DNA from: Mizuhopecten yessoensis
Lineage: Eukaryota
Length of the DNA: 64,000 bases
Reading direction: 5' to 3'
Assembly: GCF_002113885.1 (NCBI RefSeq)
Contig: NW_018406484.1
Location: 219,179-283,178 of the forward strand
Every line of letters begins with the position of its first letter. Position 1 is the stretch's first letter. The notes under the pieces were generated by a model. The model was given only the letters and a program-made list of their open reading frames with translations, searched no databases and was not told where the DNA came from. Below are positions 25,911-39,345 of this stretch, in pieces. Both the position numbers and the translations under genes were made by a program.

Positions 25911-27967
25911 TCCCATATTTGTATTCATATAGGACAATATTTAATCGTAAGTTGAGTAAATAGCTAACAACAATGTTTGACATGCAAGGAACTCAAATAG
26001 GCTGGTGCTTGATGGTTTGGTAAATATAAACGTGTATATATAACGATGCGTGTTAAATCGGCACACATTTTCAGAACAAAAATCAATGCGTCATAGTATT
26101 AAAGACCATAATGGTTTGCAGTTATTCTGTATAAAATCAACAATGACATGTTTAATAGAATTTTATCCAGCTTCCTGAAACACCAAGAGTCCAGAATCCG
26201 GTAATGTGTCCGTTATGTAATTATGTTGTGGGCACTCGTTCAACAGGGTGTTTGTTTTGGCTACTGGCGAAGATCGATACCTGAGTAGTCCTACACATCA
26301 CGTGATTTAACTGGAAATCACACACTAGGAACTCATATCACGAGCATCAATGACTCTATGATAACTTATTTGGAGATCAATATCACGAATAATTTTTATG
26401 AGTATTGATGCTGTGATTCTTATTAGGACCTGATATCAGTAAGTTTTTTAGTTAAAAAATAGTTACTGTATGATCAATTATCATGACTCGTATTGTTAAT
26501 TAATCATGAGCATGAATTACTCTGATAACTTATTATGACCTATCATGAAGTATTGAGCATGGGGTACTATAAGATCTATTATTAGGACATAGTAAAGTGC
26601 TGTGAATATTCATATTGGACCAGACTTTACAGGACAACAAAGGTGGTGGAAATATTTGACTCAATGATTCGGTTCTTTCCCCCTAGTAAGTATAAGAAAA
26701 ATAATATTAAGTCAAAAGTGAAAAGCTGTTATTATTAACCGTTGTTAGAATAAAATCTACATGTACATTAAAAATATGAATGGACACATTCATAAACCAT
26801 GTATGCTGGAAACCCCCGGACTCAGACTATCAGTCTGTTGATCTCATTTGTCTTTTCCTCTTCTTTATAACTTTTTAGTGAGTTTGAATAACGAATTGAC
26901 TTATTATGATTTATATAGTAATATCAAAGTTCCTACATTGAACCTTTTGGTCTTATCAACTTGTGTGCATCAAATAATATACCAGTGTTCCATTGCATAT
27001 TAATTAATAAAACTCGTTATGTGATAGAACATAATGGTTTCGGTTCTAAATTCAAAATATGTAAATATATCTTTTGATTAAGAATTAATTGTCTCAGTTT
27101 TTTGTATATTTTAATAATGTTTTTCATTTCTAATCCATAAAGCAAGTAAATAAGACATTTTGAGTCCGATCAGAATTTAGATACAGGTGGAAATGACAAA
27201 GCATTCTGAGCTATCAACCCTTAAATTTGATTAAATGTCAAGCAGTTGACTTTCGAAGATGAGGAGAACTTCAGACTTTAGGGGTGTTGGCAACCGGTGG
27301 GACCTGCCAAAAATACTATATGAGTTTGAACGAAAACCTACAAGTATTAGAATCGTTAAGTCGACTGTGACTTTGAGTTTCAGGCGCGTATCCAGAAAGG
27401 TTGAATTTTCCAATTCAAAGGATGAATCATCCTGAATTCAGGGCATTATATATGACAGCAAATTGACGTTGCTACTGTGACGAAGGTTCGGAAGAATTTA
27501 TACAACGCATTTCAAGTGGTTGTAAATATTGAATGTACAACCCACAGCCAAAGGTTTATGGTTTCTGTATTTCAATTATCATGGGAATGTTGAAGTTATA
27601 CGAGAATGTAATATTGATTTTATCAGGTGACTAACGGCAATGCAACAACATGCATGCGTTCAAACCAGACTTTCTCGAGTGAAGTATTGTTTAAAGAGAA
27701 TTTTCGTGTCTTTGTGCTTATGTTTAATCTTACTGTACTGTGCTTATAGATTCTAAAATGTTGGATAATAATAAAAAGAGTTTTTACAAAAAAAGCCAAA
27801 AGTTTAAAGCAGTTTCACGAGTCTTGACCTTTTATAAACCCCGAGTTCTTTTTAACTCATAACTTGGATAGCGTTCTATATGAAGTCAAAAATGTGTAAA
27901 AGTGTAAAAGACGGTTAAAACATTTAAGAAAAAAAGATATAGTGAAATTGAGACCTACAATTCTCAC

Positions 27968-28091
27968 CTGACAGGCCAGTGATGTCCATCTTAGGGAGGT
28001 TTCTGGCCTTCAGCACTACCACAGTGAGACGGTTGGCTGCGGGTTGATAACACAGAGACACCAGTAGATCCCCTCGGCCTTGCATCTGAAA
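27968..28091 (-). CDS. Syt4: Synaptotagmin-4/11-like internal exon (C2A-C2B linker and start of C2B)
   Basis: Acceptor TTTCTCAG|TTTCAG (alternative acceptor gives start 28085), donor TCAG|GTGAGA; 124 nt, phase 0 to phase 1. Encodes [41 protein letters not shown]. Confidence 0.95.
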
Positions 28092-28154
28092 CTGAGAAAT
28101 GATAGGAGATACGTAAACAGGTTGAAAATTAATAACAAATAAATACATGGGCGT

Positions 28155-31100
28155 CAAAAAACAAGGACAAAATATATCACGGCGTCAACAAACAAGGACA
28201 ATAAATACCGCATCTTCGACAAACAGGCAAAAGGTATACCACAGCGTCAACAAAACAAACCAGAAAAACATATACCACAGGCTCAAATAGCAAAAGAAAA
28301 AAGATAACACTACAACTTCAACAAACAAGGACAAGATATACCATAGCGTCAACAAACAAGGACAAGATATATCATAGCGTCAACAAACAAGGACAAGATA
28401 TACCAGAGCGTCAACAAACAAGGACAAGATATACCACAGCGTCAAATAGCAAAAGAAAAAAAGATAACACTACAACTTCAACAAACAAGGACAAGATATA
28501 CCATAGCGTCAACAAAACAAACCAGAAAAACATATACCACAGCGTCAACAAACAAGAACAAGATATACCACAGCGTCAACAAACAAGGACAAGATATACC
28601 ATAGCGTCAACAAACAAGGACAAGATATACAATAGCGTCAACAAACAAGAACAAGATATCTATACCTTAGCGTCAACAAACAAGGACAAAATACACCATT
28701 GCTACGGTTACCATACATGCAAAACGTACCAAAGCCTCAATAAATAACGATAAAACGAACAACATTGTCAACAGACATGGACAATATATATCACAGCGTG
28801 AACACAAGGATAATATATATTACAGCGTGAACAAAAGGATGATATATATCACAGCGTGAAAACAAGGATAATATATATCACAGCGTAAAAACAGGGATGA
28901 TATATATCACAGCGTGAAAACAAGGATGATATATATTACAGCGTGAAAACAAGGATGATATATATCACACCGTGAACACGAGAATGATATATAACACAGC
29001 GTGAACACAAGAATAGTCAACAAACAAGAACAAGATATACCACAGCGTCAACAAAACAAACCAGAAAAACATATCCCACAGCGTCAACAAACAAGAACAA
29101 GATATATATACCTTAGCGTCAACAAACAAGGACAAAATACACCATTGCTACGGTTACCATACATGCAAAACGTACCAAAGCCTCAATAAATAACGATAAA
29201 ACGAACAACATTGTCAACAGACATGGACAATATATATCAAAGCGTGAACACAAGGATAATAAATATCACAGCGTGAACACAAGTATACCTTAGCGTCAAC
29301 AAACAAGGACAAGGTATACCATAGAGTCAACAAACAAGGACAAGATATACAATAGCGTCAACAAACAAGAACAAGATATATATACCTTAGCGTCAACAAA
29401 CAAGGACAAAATACACCATTGCTACGGTTACCATACATGCAAAAACGTACCAAAGCCTCAATAAATAACGATAAAACGAACAACATTGTCAACAGACATG
29501 GACAATATATATCAAAGCGTGAACAAAAGGATGATATATATCACAGCGTTAACACGAGAATGATATATATCACACCGTGAACACGAGAATGATATATATT
29601 ACAGCGTGAAAACAAGGATGATAATAACGATAAAACGAACAACATTGTCAACAGACATGGACAATATATATCACAGCGTGAACCCGAGAATGATAGATAT
29701 CACAGCGTGAACACAAGAGTAATATATATTACAGCGTGAAAACAAGAATGATATATATCACAGCGTGAACTCGAGAATGATATATATCACAGCGCGAACA
29801 CGAGAATGATATATATTACAGCGTGAAAACAAGAATGATATATATCACAGCGTCAACACGAGAATGATATATATCACAGCTTGAACACAAGAATAATATA
29901 TATCACAGCGGGAACACGAGAATGATATATATCACAACGTGAACACAAGAATAATATATATAACAGCGTGAACACAAGGATGAGAAAAACATATACCACA
30001 GCGTCAACAAAACAAACCAGAAAAACATATCCCACAGCGTCAACAAACAAGAACAAGATATACCACAGCGTCAACAAAACAAACCAGAAAAACATATCCC
30101 ACAGCGTCAACAAACAAGAACAAGATATACCACAGCGTCAACAAAACAAACCAGAAAAACATATCCCACAGCGTCAACAAACAAGAACAAGATATATATA
30201 CCTTAGCGTCAACAAACAAGGACAAAATACACCATTGCTACGGTTACCATACATGCAAAAACGTACCAAAGCCTCAATAAATAACGATAAAACGAACAAC
30301 ATTGTCAACAGACATGGACAATATATATCACAGCGTGAACCCGAGAATGATATATATCACAGCTTGAACACAAGAATAATATATATTATAGCGTGAACAA
30401 AAGGATGATATATATTACTGAGTGAACACAAGGATAATATATAATACTGCCTGAATACAAGGATAATATATATTACAGCGTGAACTCGAGAATGATATAT
30501 ATCACAGCGTGACCACAAGGATAATATATATCACGGCGTGAAAACAAGGATAATATATAACACAGCGTGAACACGAGAATGTGATATATCACAGCGTGAA
30601 TACAAGAATAATATATATTACAGCGTGAGCACAAGGATAATATATATCACAGAGTGAACACAAGAATATTATATATTACAGCGTGAACACAATGATGATA
30701 TATATCACAGCGTGACCACAAGGATAATATATATCACACCGTGAACACGAGAATGATATACATCACAGCGTGAACACAAGAATAGGATATATCACAGCGT
30801 GAACACAAGGATGAGAAAAACATATACCACAGCGTCAACAAAACAAACCAGAAAAACATATCCCACAGCGTCAACAAACAAGAACAAGATATACCACAGC
30901 GTCAACAAACAAGGACAAGGTATACCATAGAGTCAACAAACAAGGACAAGATATACAATAGCGTCAACAAACAAGAACAAGATATATATACCTTAGCGTC
31001 AACAAACAAGGACAAGGTATACCATAGAGTCAACAAACAAGGACAAGATATATCATAGCGTCAACAAACAAGGACAAAATACACCATTGCTACGGTTACC

Positions 31101-31485
31101 ATACATGCAAAACGTACCAAAGCCTCAATAAATAACGATAAAACGAACAACATTGTCAACAGACATGGACAATATATATCACAGCGTGAACTCGAGAATA
31201 ATATATATCACAGCGGGAACACGAGAATGATATATATCACAGAGTGAACAAAAGAATAATATATATTACAGCGTGAGCACAAGGATAATATATATCACGG
31301 CGTGAACACGAGAATGATATACATCACAGCGTGAACACAAGAATGATATATATCACAGCGCGAACACAAGAATAATATATATAACAGCGTGAACACGAGA
31401 ATGATATACATCACAGCGTGAACACAAGAATAATATATATTACAGCGTGAACACAAGGATAATATATATTACAACGTGAACACAA
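28155..31485. repeat. Compound minisatellite: 31-bp (AACAAACAAGGACAAGATATACCAYAGCGTC) and 29-bp (AACACAAGRATRATATATATCACAGCGTG) units with a recurring ~110-bp cassette
   Basis: Two related unit types alternate in blocks. The cassette ATACACCATTGCTACGGTTACC...CAGACATGGAC occurs near 28690, 29137, 29411, 30226 and 31079. Confidence 0.95.
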
Positions 31486-33185
31486 AGAAAGCAAAGACAA
31501 AACACTTTACTATAAGAATGGGACGCAAACACTGCAATTGAAACCACGAAATCAATAAAAAAAATCGCAACATATATTGCATCTAGAAATTTAGATTTGA
31601 CCACAATACTAGAACAAAACGAACGAGTTTGTAAATCGTCTAATAAAACTACCCGTAACGTACACAATATTTATCTGTTGATAAAACTATACCTAAAACC
31701 TAATGAACATAGTCATTGCCTTTGTTTGACTCGGTAGGTGTGCTTGACGTTCTCGCAACCAGAAGTCGTCTTCCCGCTTGGTAGTCATCGGAACACATTT
31801 AGACACACATCAATGATTTTGCTTGAATTCTTACAACCATGACATACAATAACTGGTCAATGTGGCTAGAATGGTTGAAATATTGTAAAACAAAAAATGA
31901 CCGCTGTTGTTTATTTAAAAAAGTATTCCATTGATTAAACTAACCGTGATACGTTTATTGAATAATACCTCCATATCTATTTGTAATGTTTAATATAGCT
32001 ATAAGATTAGGTGATAGATACCTGTTCCCTCTCGTCAAGTACAACTGTTATTAGCATGGCGTCTGACGGTCATACACAGAAATCAGACACATAAAAGTAA
32101 TCTAAAACTCCAAAACAGAAACATTGATTTCTGTTCTTCCTAGTATCGCTGTTTCAGCATTGGTCATGATTATTTTCCGTCGGAATTCCCAAGATGTTGT
32201 TAGAGATGTGTACAGGAAATGACGTCAACGTGAGGCCATATTGGATGACTTTCCTCTCTGGGTGGTCTAAGGAATGTCCTGTTGTTGCGTTTTGTCAGTG
32301 CCCATACTTGTACACGGTACATGATGGTGTCCCAGCGGTCATACTAATATACGAATGAGTTGTTCGTGATTGTCCTCGGACTTAACTACCATTATAAATT
32401 GTATAGTAAGTCGTGTGATTTAACACATAAACTAAAAAGTAGCTGATAAATAATACTAAGATGATTTTATAACGAAAGCTGATGTTATTTTAAAACAAAG
32501 AATAATAATATTGTACAGCTTAAACAAAGATTATTTTACAGATTAGACTAACTTCCCATTTTAAGCATTGACTAAGATTATAATATCACCTCTTTCCCGA
32601 AAATATGGTAAAGTTCGACTGTGAAATTTCGAATGATTACATAAAAGATGTCCTAGATAACGTGAACATAAAGAAAGAACACATATGAGAAGAGCAGGTA
32701 TCTCTCAGGCATACCTATAACAAACTTCACAAAATGTATGTTTTAGAATTGTTTGTTTCCAAGAGACGATGTCATTTGCCGACTATATTTTGACGGTAGA
32801 TACTCTTCCTCTGACCAAAATCACATTTAAATAATGACACCTTACTGAACACGCTTATCTACGTATATTTACATTCTGTGTTGCATTTGCCTATATGTCG
32901 TTAGTAAACCAAATTGCAGTATATGAGACTGTATACTACAATTTACAGTGATACGGCCAGTGTAGGAATACAGCTGGTACAAGAAAAACAAACATGGCCG
33001 CCCGATATTTTCGGTATCAATAGGCCTATAGTCGGAAAACATTCTGGGTTCGTTAGCATTGAGCAATATAGGTCATCACAAAAAAATAAAGCAACTTGAC
33101 AAATTATGACAATATAAATTTATTATAAAAATTTATTGTAAGCGCCATTCTAGATACAAAATTACCAAGTTTGTCGACGTCAACA

Positions 33186-33383
33186 CACAGGGGATCGGTT
33201 TCGAGATTTTGAGTTATGCATAACATCAGTGAATAACCACAACACTAAAATTCAACATTTCTAAAACCTTGTAAAAGTCGAGGGTATCGACAAGGTTTTA
33301 AAACGTGTATGAATACCTTGTTAAGTGTTGTGGTTTTCAGTGATGTCATCCATTACTCAAAATCACGAAACCGAGCCCCTGTG
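33186..33383. mobile_element. ~200-bp foldback (MITE-like) inverted-repeat element
   Basis: Left arm CACAGGGGATCGGTTTCGAGATTTTGAGTTATGCATAACATCAGTGAATAACCACAACACT matches the reverse complement of the right arm; inner arms AAAACCTTGT / ACAAGGTTTT. Confidence 0.75.
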
Positions 33384-33907
33384 CACGTCGTCTGCTAGCG
33401 ATGCTAATCTGACCGATTAGACTTGGAATCTATTTCAAACGAAATGTCCTTGGAATCGTTATCACCTACTGAAAGGACCACTTTAATTAAACGTTTCCAA
33501 GTATATATGCTTCTGAAAATAACGTAATATTCCAGTCGAAGGAAACAAGCGTTTCCGAGGAAACCAATCAAGTCCGTTCAGCGCCGCATCACTTCAAAAT
33601 ACATGTAATCTATCAATGCGCGAAAAACAGCTTTAATTTTAAACAAGCAGAAGTTATGTAGTCATTAACAATTTTTGCAACATATACACACTCATTTGAA
33701 ATAAATAATAAAGTTAAGTTTGTGTTTAAACCATTTTATGTGCGTGTGATTTTCAATGACACGAGGGACTATATTATTTCTTCTGGAAATGTCGGCTGTT
33801 CTGGGATTTGAACTTACTGACGTCACTGATATGATAAGCGGGAAATTCAAACGTATTTTAGCTTCAGTTACTATACAAAACAAACTATATACATATAAAT
33901 TTATATA

Positions 33908-34029
33908 TAAGCATTGAACTGTTACCAGATGCAGTATACAGGCGCCCAACGGGCGACATTCTATTTATCTGTCACCCAAATTGCATTCATATCGACTGTA
34001 TACTGCATCTGGTAACAGTTCAATGCTTA
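33908..34029. repeat. Perfect 34-bp inverted repeat with a 54-bp spacer (probable transposon-derived palindrome)
   Basis: TAAGCATTGAACTGTTACCAGATGCAGTATACAG at 33908-33941, exact reverse complement at 33996-34029. Confidence 0.9.
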
Positions 34030-36269
34030 AGTAACAGTGTATTAAGTAAGCCTTAGGAACGACACTCAGGTGTGTCCATGATGCTCACACTGAACACCCC
34101 CAATATACTGCTATCGGATACCATTTGTATGACTGCGCACCCTTCTAATCAATGGCGGACGCCGGAGTGTCACGCCTCCACCTCATCTTTCAGCGATAAT
34201 TTGCGAAGGATTTTACAATGACAGGCGTGTTTTTTTTTTATCAGAGACTATAACAGGAAACAATAAAAAATAAATCGATGGACGATGGGAACTTGCCACA
34301 ATGACTGTTTGACGTAGTGAGGGGACCGTGTTTCCATTCCGGGTATTGAATATCCCTTATTTCCATTACTCGTTATCGTCCTGGTGTTTGTCGGCCACTA
34401 ATTAATTGTCATACAAATCGTATTGTCACCTTCTCACGGCCGTTTTAACACTTCACAACAGGTTCGACTCAGAGACGGAATTCTATAAAGCTTAGTATGG
34501 ATATAATGATAATACCTCGGCAGCAATACCAGGGCGTGGTATTCTATATTATCCTCCACAGATAATGATGTTCTATGATAATTAGTATGGACTGGACAAT
34601 AATATGACAATGGTATATGACATGGGACCATAACACCAGGCAGTAGTGTTGTTTAATACTACATTGTTAAAATAAACTGGATAATGATATGTAATATAAA
34701 CATTATGGATAGGTGGATAATACCACAGGGTAGTATACTATTATACTCATTGTTGATTAGTGGATGTTACAGGAGCGTAGTATCCTTTAATACTCAGTAT
34801 GAATGAGATTTTATGATTCTAGACGATAATATTAGGGCGTAGTATTCCATTATACTATGTATGGAAAGTCTAATAATGTTTTATGTTATTCAGTATGGAT
34901 AGTTGATAGTAGGGCGATGATACCAGAGCATTATGAATGGGTCCAGCACTCTTTAATACTCAGTAGAGATAGGACGATTACACGAAGGCGTAGTATTCAG
35001 ATAAAGAGTATCATTAAAAACTAGAATAGATAAACAAGAATGTTACAAATGTAACAACATAAGCCAGATCAAATGTGTTATATATCGTGTGGGCTAAAAG
35101 GACAATTCTATAATGAGGCCAATGGAATTAGAGATAAGTTGTTTAAGCTTTGTTTTCAACCAGCAGCCTTTACGAATGGCACAGCGCTGTACGTAGGACG
35201 TATAGTGTAACGAGTCAGCACTACCTTTATTTACAAAATGTCAACCATTGATAGAACCTGTTATAACGTGACACTTAAATCGAACATGGTGTGAACAGCG
35301 TATGGCCAGCAATATCAATATTAGATTTCATTACTGTTTCGATTGTGCTAGATCCATCATTCTGACACACTGTTTGTGTTCGGCAAGGTTGGGCAGTTCA
35401 CCTGTATTCTAGTAACTGATCACGTGACATTGATTACAGGTATGCCAGGCAGCATAAGTACACGTCGGGTACATGGAACTAGTGAAATAAAATGACAGGT
35501 CGAAAATCCTTTGCTCAATTACCTTACAGGTATTATCATACAACACAATATATTTCGTATATAGTGAGAACATCATAAGGATCAAACAATAAGATGGCGT
35601 TAGGCTGTTTCCAAACTGTCGTTTACATGACGACACAGAAGATTTCATGCCACAAATATTAAGAATATATATTTATAATAAACCATAGCTATGATTTTAC
35701 AATATACATTTTTAGCATGACACCTTTTCGGACATCACGCAGCATTGGCGTAACGCTTTGCGTTCATACCTGCATGAATGTTACAAACATATGTTCAATC
35801 ACTGTATATAATGCAATATGACAGTGCGTATCAGTGTATCAAAGAATACATTATACAAAAATTACAGTTGGTATTATTGTTTGTTTCAGAATATATTACA
35901 ATTTTACAGTAAGTGTTGTAGACACTTCATATTCACTAAGTCTTTGGACGTATTTGTTTAAAATTAGTTTGTAGCTTTCTGCGAACGTTTCTGCAAATGT
36001 TTCGAATGTTTACCAAGGTCATTGTAAGTTGAAATCACGAGGAATAATTACTTTAATTTCACAATAGCTATCATTTAATGACATTAGCAGAATGGAATGA
36101 AGCAGGTGTATTTGTTTTCGATTCCTTTACTGTGAATATAGCCAGATGGCTTATTAACCATTTATAACAAGCAAAAAAATATCATTCACCTGCGTGATCA
36201 GTTGTAAACATTTTAAAACAAACATTTTATCATTGTTAAGAAGAATATTGACCAGGACAGAGCCAGACA

Positions 36270-36615
36270 GAGCCAGACAATCTTGCTGTGTATGTTGAGG
36301 GCTTTCGACAGACCTTGGATACCCACACTGATAATTGGGACGTGCTAATGGATCTCTCCCAGGTCTAGGAGTGTCTTCCACATAGCTTGTTCCTCAGGAA
36401 GCTCTCCCAATATGATGTGTCAGACGAGGCTGTTAGTCTGACGAGCAGCTACCTGGGGAACAGGAAGCAGCAGGTGTGGCAGGGAGACAACACTACCGAT
36501 TGGACATCTTTAATTAACACGTTCCCCAAGGATCAATTCTGGGTCTGTGATTTTTGATATATCGTTTTACTGTGTAAAAGATGTAAAAGTATGCTTATGA
36601 CAATAGTCTTTGCTA
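36270..36615 (+). mobile_element. Ancient CR1/L2-type reverse transcriptase fragment (not in the ORF track)
   Basis: Manual translation VLMDLSQV*ECLPHSLFLRKLSQYDVSDEAVSLTSSYLGNRKQQV...VPQGSILG...YAYDNSL corresponds to the RT motifs MDLSKAFD, GVPQGSILGP and YADD. Confidence 0.85.
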
Positions 36616-38425
36616 TAACAACAATACTTTACATTGTTGAAATTAATATGTGTCGAAGTTTAAGAAACATGTTATAATGGTGTGTGGGAACACCTGTAAA
36701 CAGTTAGCAATCAGCAACTTACATCTAAAGCTTCCAAACCTTTGATTAAAAAATGATTGTAATTTCAAAATTTGATCATAGTCACCTTATACATCATATG
36801 GCAAGTCAGCAACACGTACACTCGAGAAGCATAATACAGGGGGCGTTTGCTTTGTGCTAAAAGATTTTAAGTCTAGCTTTAAAGAACGACTATTAAAGCT
36901 TTTCACAAGTACATATATAGTAGTTGATGGTTTATAATATCTGTTTGACGTCGTGAAGAAACAAAATCTTTTTCGTTTCAGGGCAGAGGAAAAGTACATG
37001 TTGTTGTAAGGTAATAGCCATTAGACCTGACTACTAGTCATTCAGGTGGAAGGGGGAACATGTACAAAACAACCCATTTAATGCACAATTTATTTTTCTT
37101 GGAACTAGGACATAAGCGAAGTCGACTGTGGTACAATCACAGATTAATCAGGTTTACACCTATATTTACAGTATTCATCCTTATGTCTGATTCTATACTC
37201 TACGGTAGAGTCATGTGACATTTATGTCAACAATCAAATATAGGTCTGTTGCAAGGAGGAGTTTTGTTGCCATTATCACACACTAATCATATGCTATATC
37301 ATTCTTATTTAACTTATGATAAATTTACGCTTGAATTTACATGTTATTTTCATATCCACTGTCTGCAACTTTAAATTTCCAATTATTCGTTGAAAGAATA
37401 TTTATATAGCGACTGTATCTCAGATTATCCAAGCAAATTAACTTAACTGAATCCAAGGATAAACTTCAGTTGGAAAACAACGATTATTTTAATCAATATA
37501 GTAACCACTGTATGACAACACGATTTAACCCTACAGTGCTTCAATAGTGGTATGTGACTGAACACCATCAAGGTAATAGTCTAAACACACGTTTGTAAGA
37601 TAAGGAATTACCTTCTTATTTTACCATTTTCGTGTTGTTTTTTGTTTGTCACATGCACGATATGAAATATCTAACTAAATCAATATCGATGTTAGGCCGT
37701 ATTGTAAGTAAACTTATAAGTTAACTGCGTCAGACATTATACAAAGGTTTTCGTGTGGCATGCAATTACATGATATGCACTCTCCAAACCACAAAGTGGT
37801 TTTGCCAGTCAAGCTGTGTTTATGTACATAATGTGTCGGGAAAGTTCCATCTTTAACGCTAATTTCATGTCGGACGGAGAAGACTCGTTACGTACAAAAC
37901 AATATAACATTCTATGATAGGAAATTCTCTAAAAGCTTTCCTGTGATCGCAGTTTTTCATAACGTGGCTTTTCTGTGTAATTAACCAGCGACACAGAAAC
38001 TTGTGACATGATGGCGTGCACACATCGTGTTTTGATGAAGGTGCTTAGCAGTTTGGCATCTGTGTCAGAGCAAATAAAACCACGCTCCGCCTCTTCCCTG
38101 TCTAGGGTTAACGACGCCAGGCTTCTCATTGAAATATACATGGAGTTTACGTCACCATGTTAATAGTCCTGACTTTCCATATTTGGTGTTTATCTTTTTG
38201 TCTTTATATTCTGTCTATCCTTTTGTATTTGAGTGAGTGTCGAACCTTCTTCCTTTTGATGTTTGTCCTTTTATTTCCTTAGTTCAAAACATGTTACACT
38301 ATAAAGAGCTGAAATATACGGTAAAGACAAAAACTGTGATCCATTTAACTGTTGTCTCAGAGTTTTTAAATGTGTGAATTAAACAAACTGATATATAACT
38401 GAGCCACTATATAGTGCCCTTTACA

Positions 38426-39345
38426 GACACCCGTGTCGACGTCCTGGTAGAATAGTGTTGGCAGGGGCTAGGCCTGGTCTTACTGACACCCGTGTCGACG
38501 TCCTGGTAGAACAGTGTTGGCAGGGGCTAGTCCTGATCTTACTGACACCCGTGTCGACGTCCTGGTAGAACGGTGTTGGCAGGGGCTAGGCCTGGTCTTA
38601 CTAACACCCGTGCCGACATCCTGGTAGAACAGTGTTGTCAGAGGCTAGGTCTGGTCTTACTGACACCCGTGCCGACGTGCTGGTAGAACAGTGTTGGCAG
38701 GGGCTAGGCCTGGTCTTACTGACACCCGTGCCGACGTCCTGGTACATTGTAGAACAGTGTAGGCATGGTCTAGGCCAGGTCTAACTGACTTCCGTGTCGA
38801 CGTCCTGGTAGAACAGTGTTGTCAGGGGCTAGGCCTGGTCTTACTGACACCCGTGCCGACGTGCTGGTAGAACAGTGTTGTCAGGGGCTAGGCCTGGTAT
38901 TACCGACACCCGTGCCGACGTGCTGGTAGAACAGTGTTGTCAGGGGCTAGGCCTGGTCTTATTGACACCCGTGCCGACGTGCTGGTAGAACAGTGTTGTC
39001 AGGGGCTAGGCCTGGTCTTATTGACACCCGTGCCGACGTGCTGGTAGAACAGTGTTGGCAGGGGCTAGGCCTGGTCTTACTGACACCCGTGCCGACGTCC
39101 GGGTACATTGTAGAACAGTGTTGGCATGGTCTAGGCCTGGTCTTACTGACTTCCGTGTCGACGTCCTGGTAGAACAGTGTTGGCAGGGGCTAGGCCTGGT
39201 CTTACTGACACCCGTGCCGACGTCCTGGTAGAACAGTGTTGGCAGGGTCTAGGCCTGGTCTTACTGACTTCCGTGTCGACGTCCCGGTAGAACGGTGTTG
39301 GCAGGGGCTATGCCTGGTCTTACTGACTACCGTGCCGCCGACGTC
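38426..39345. repeat. 59-bp GC-rich minisatellite (TGACACCCGTGCCGACGTCCTGGTAGAACAGTGTTGGCAGGGGCTAGGCCTGGTCTTAC)n, ~16 copies
   Basis: Unit read directly; two units carry the same 7-bp insertion. Confidence 0.97.

Noticed and set aside
28155-31485. CRISPR-like array
   Set aside because: The inter-repeat segments are themselves repeated, there are no unique spacers or cas genes, and the context is eukaryotic.
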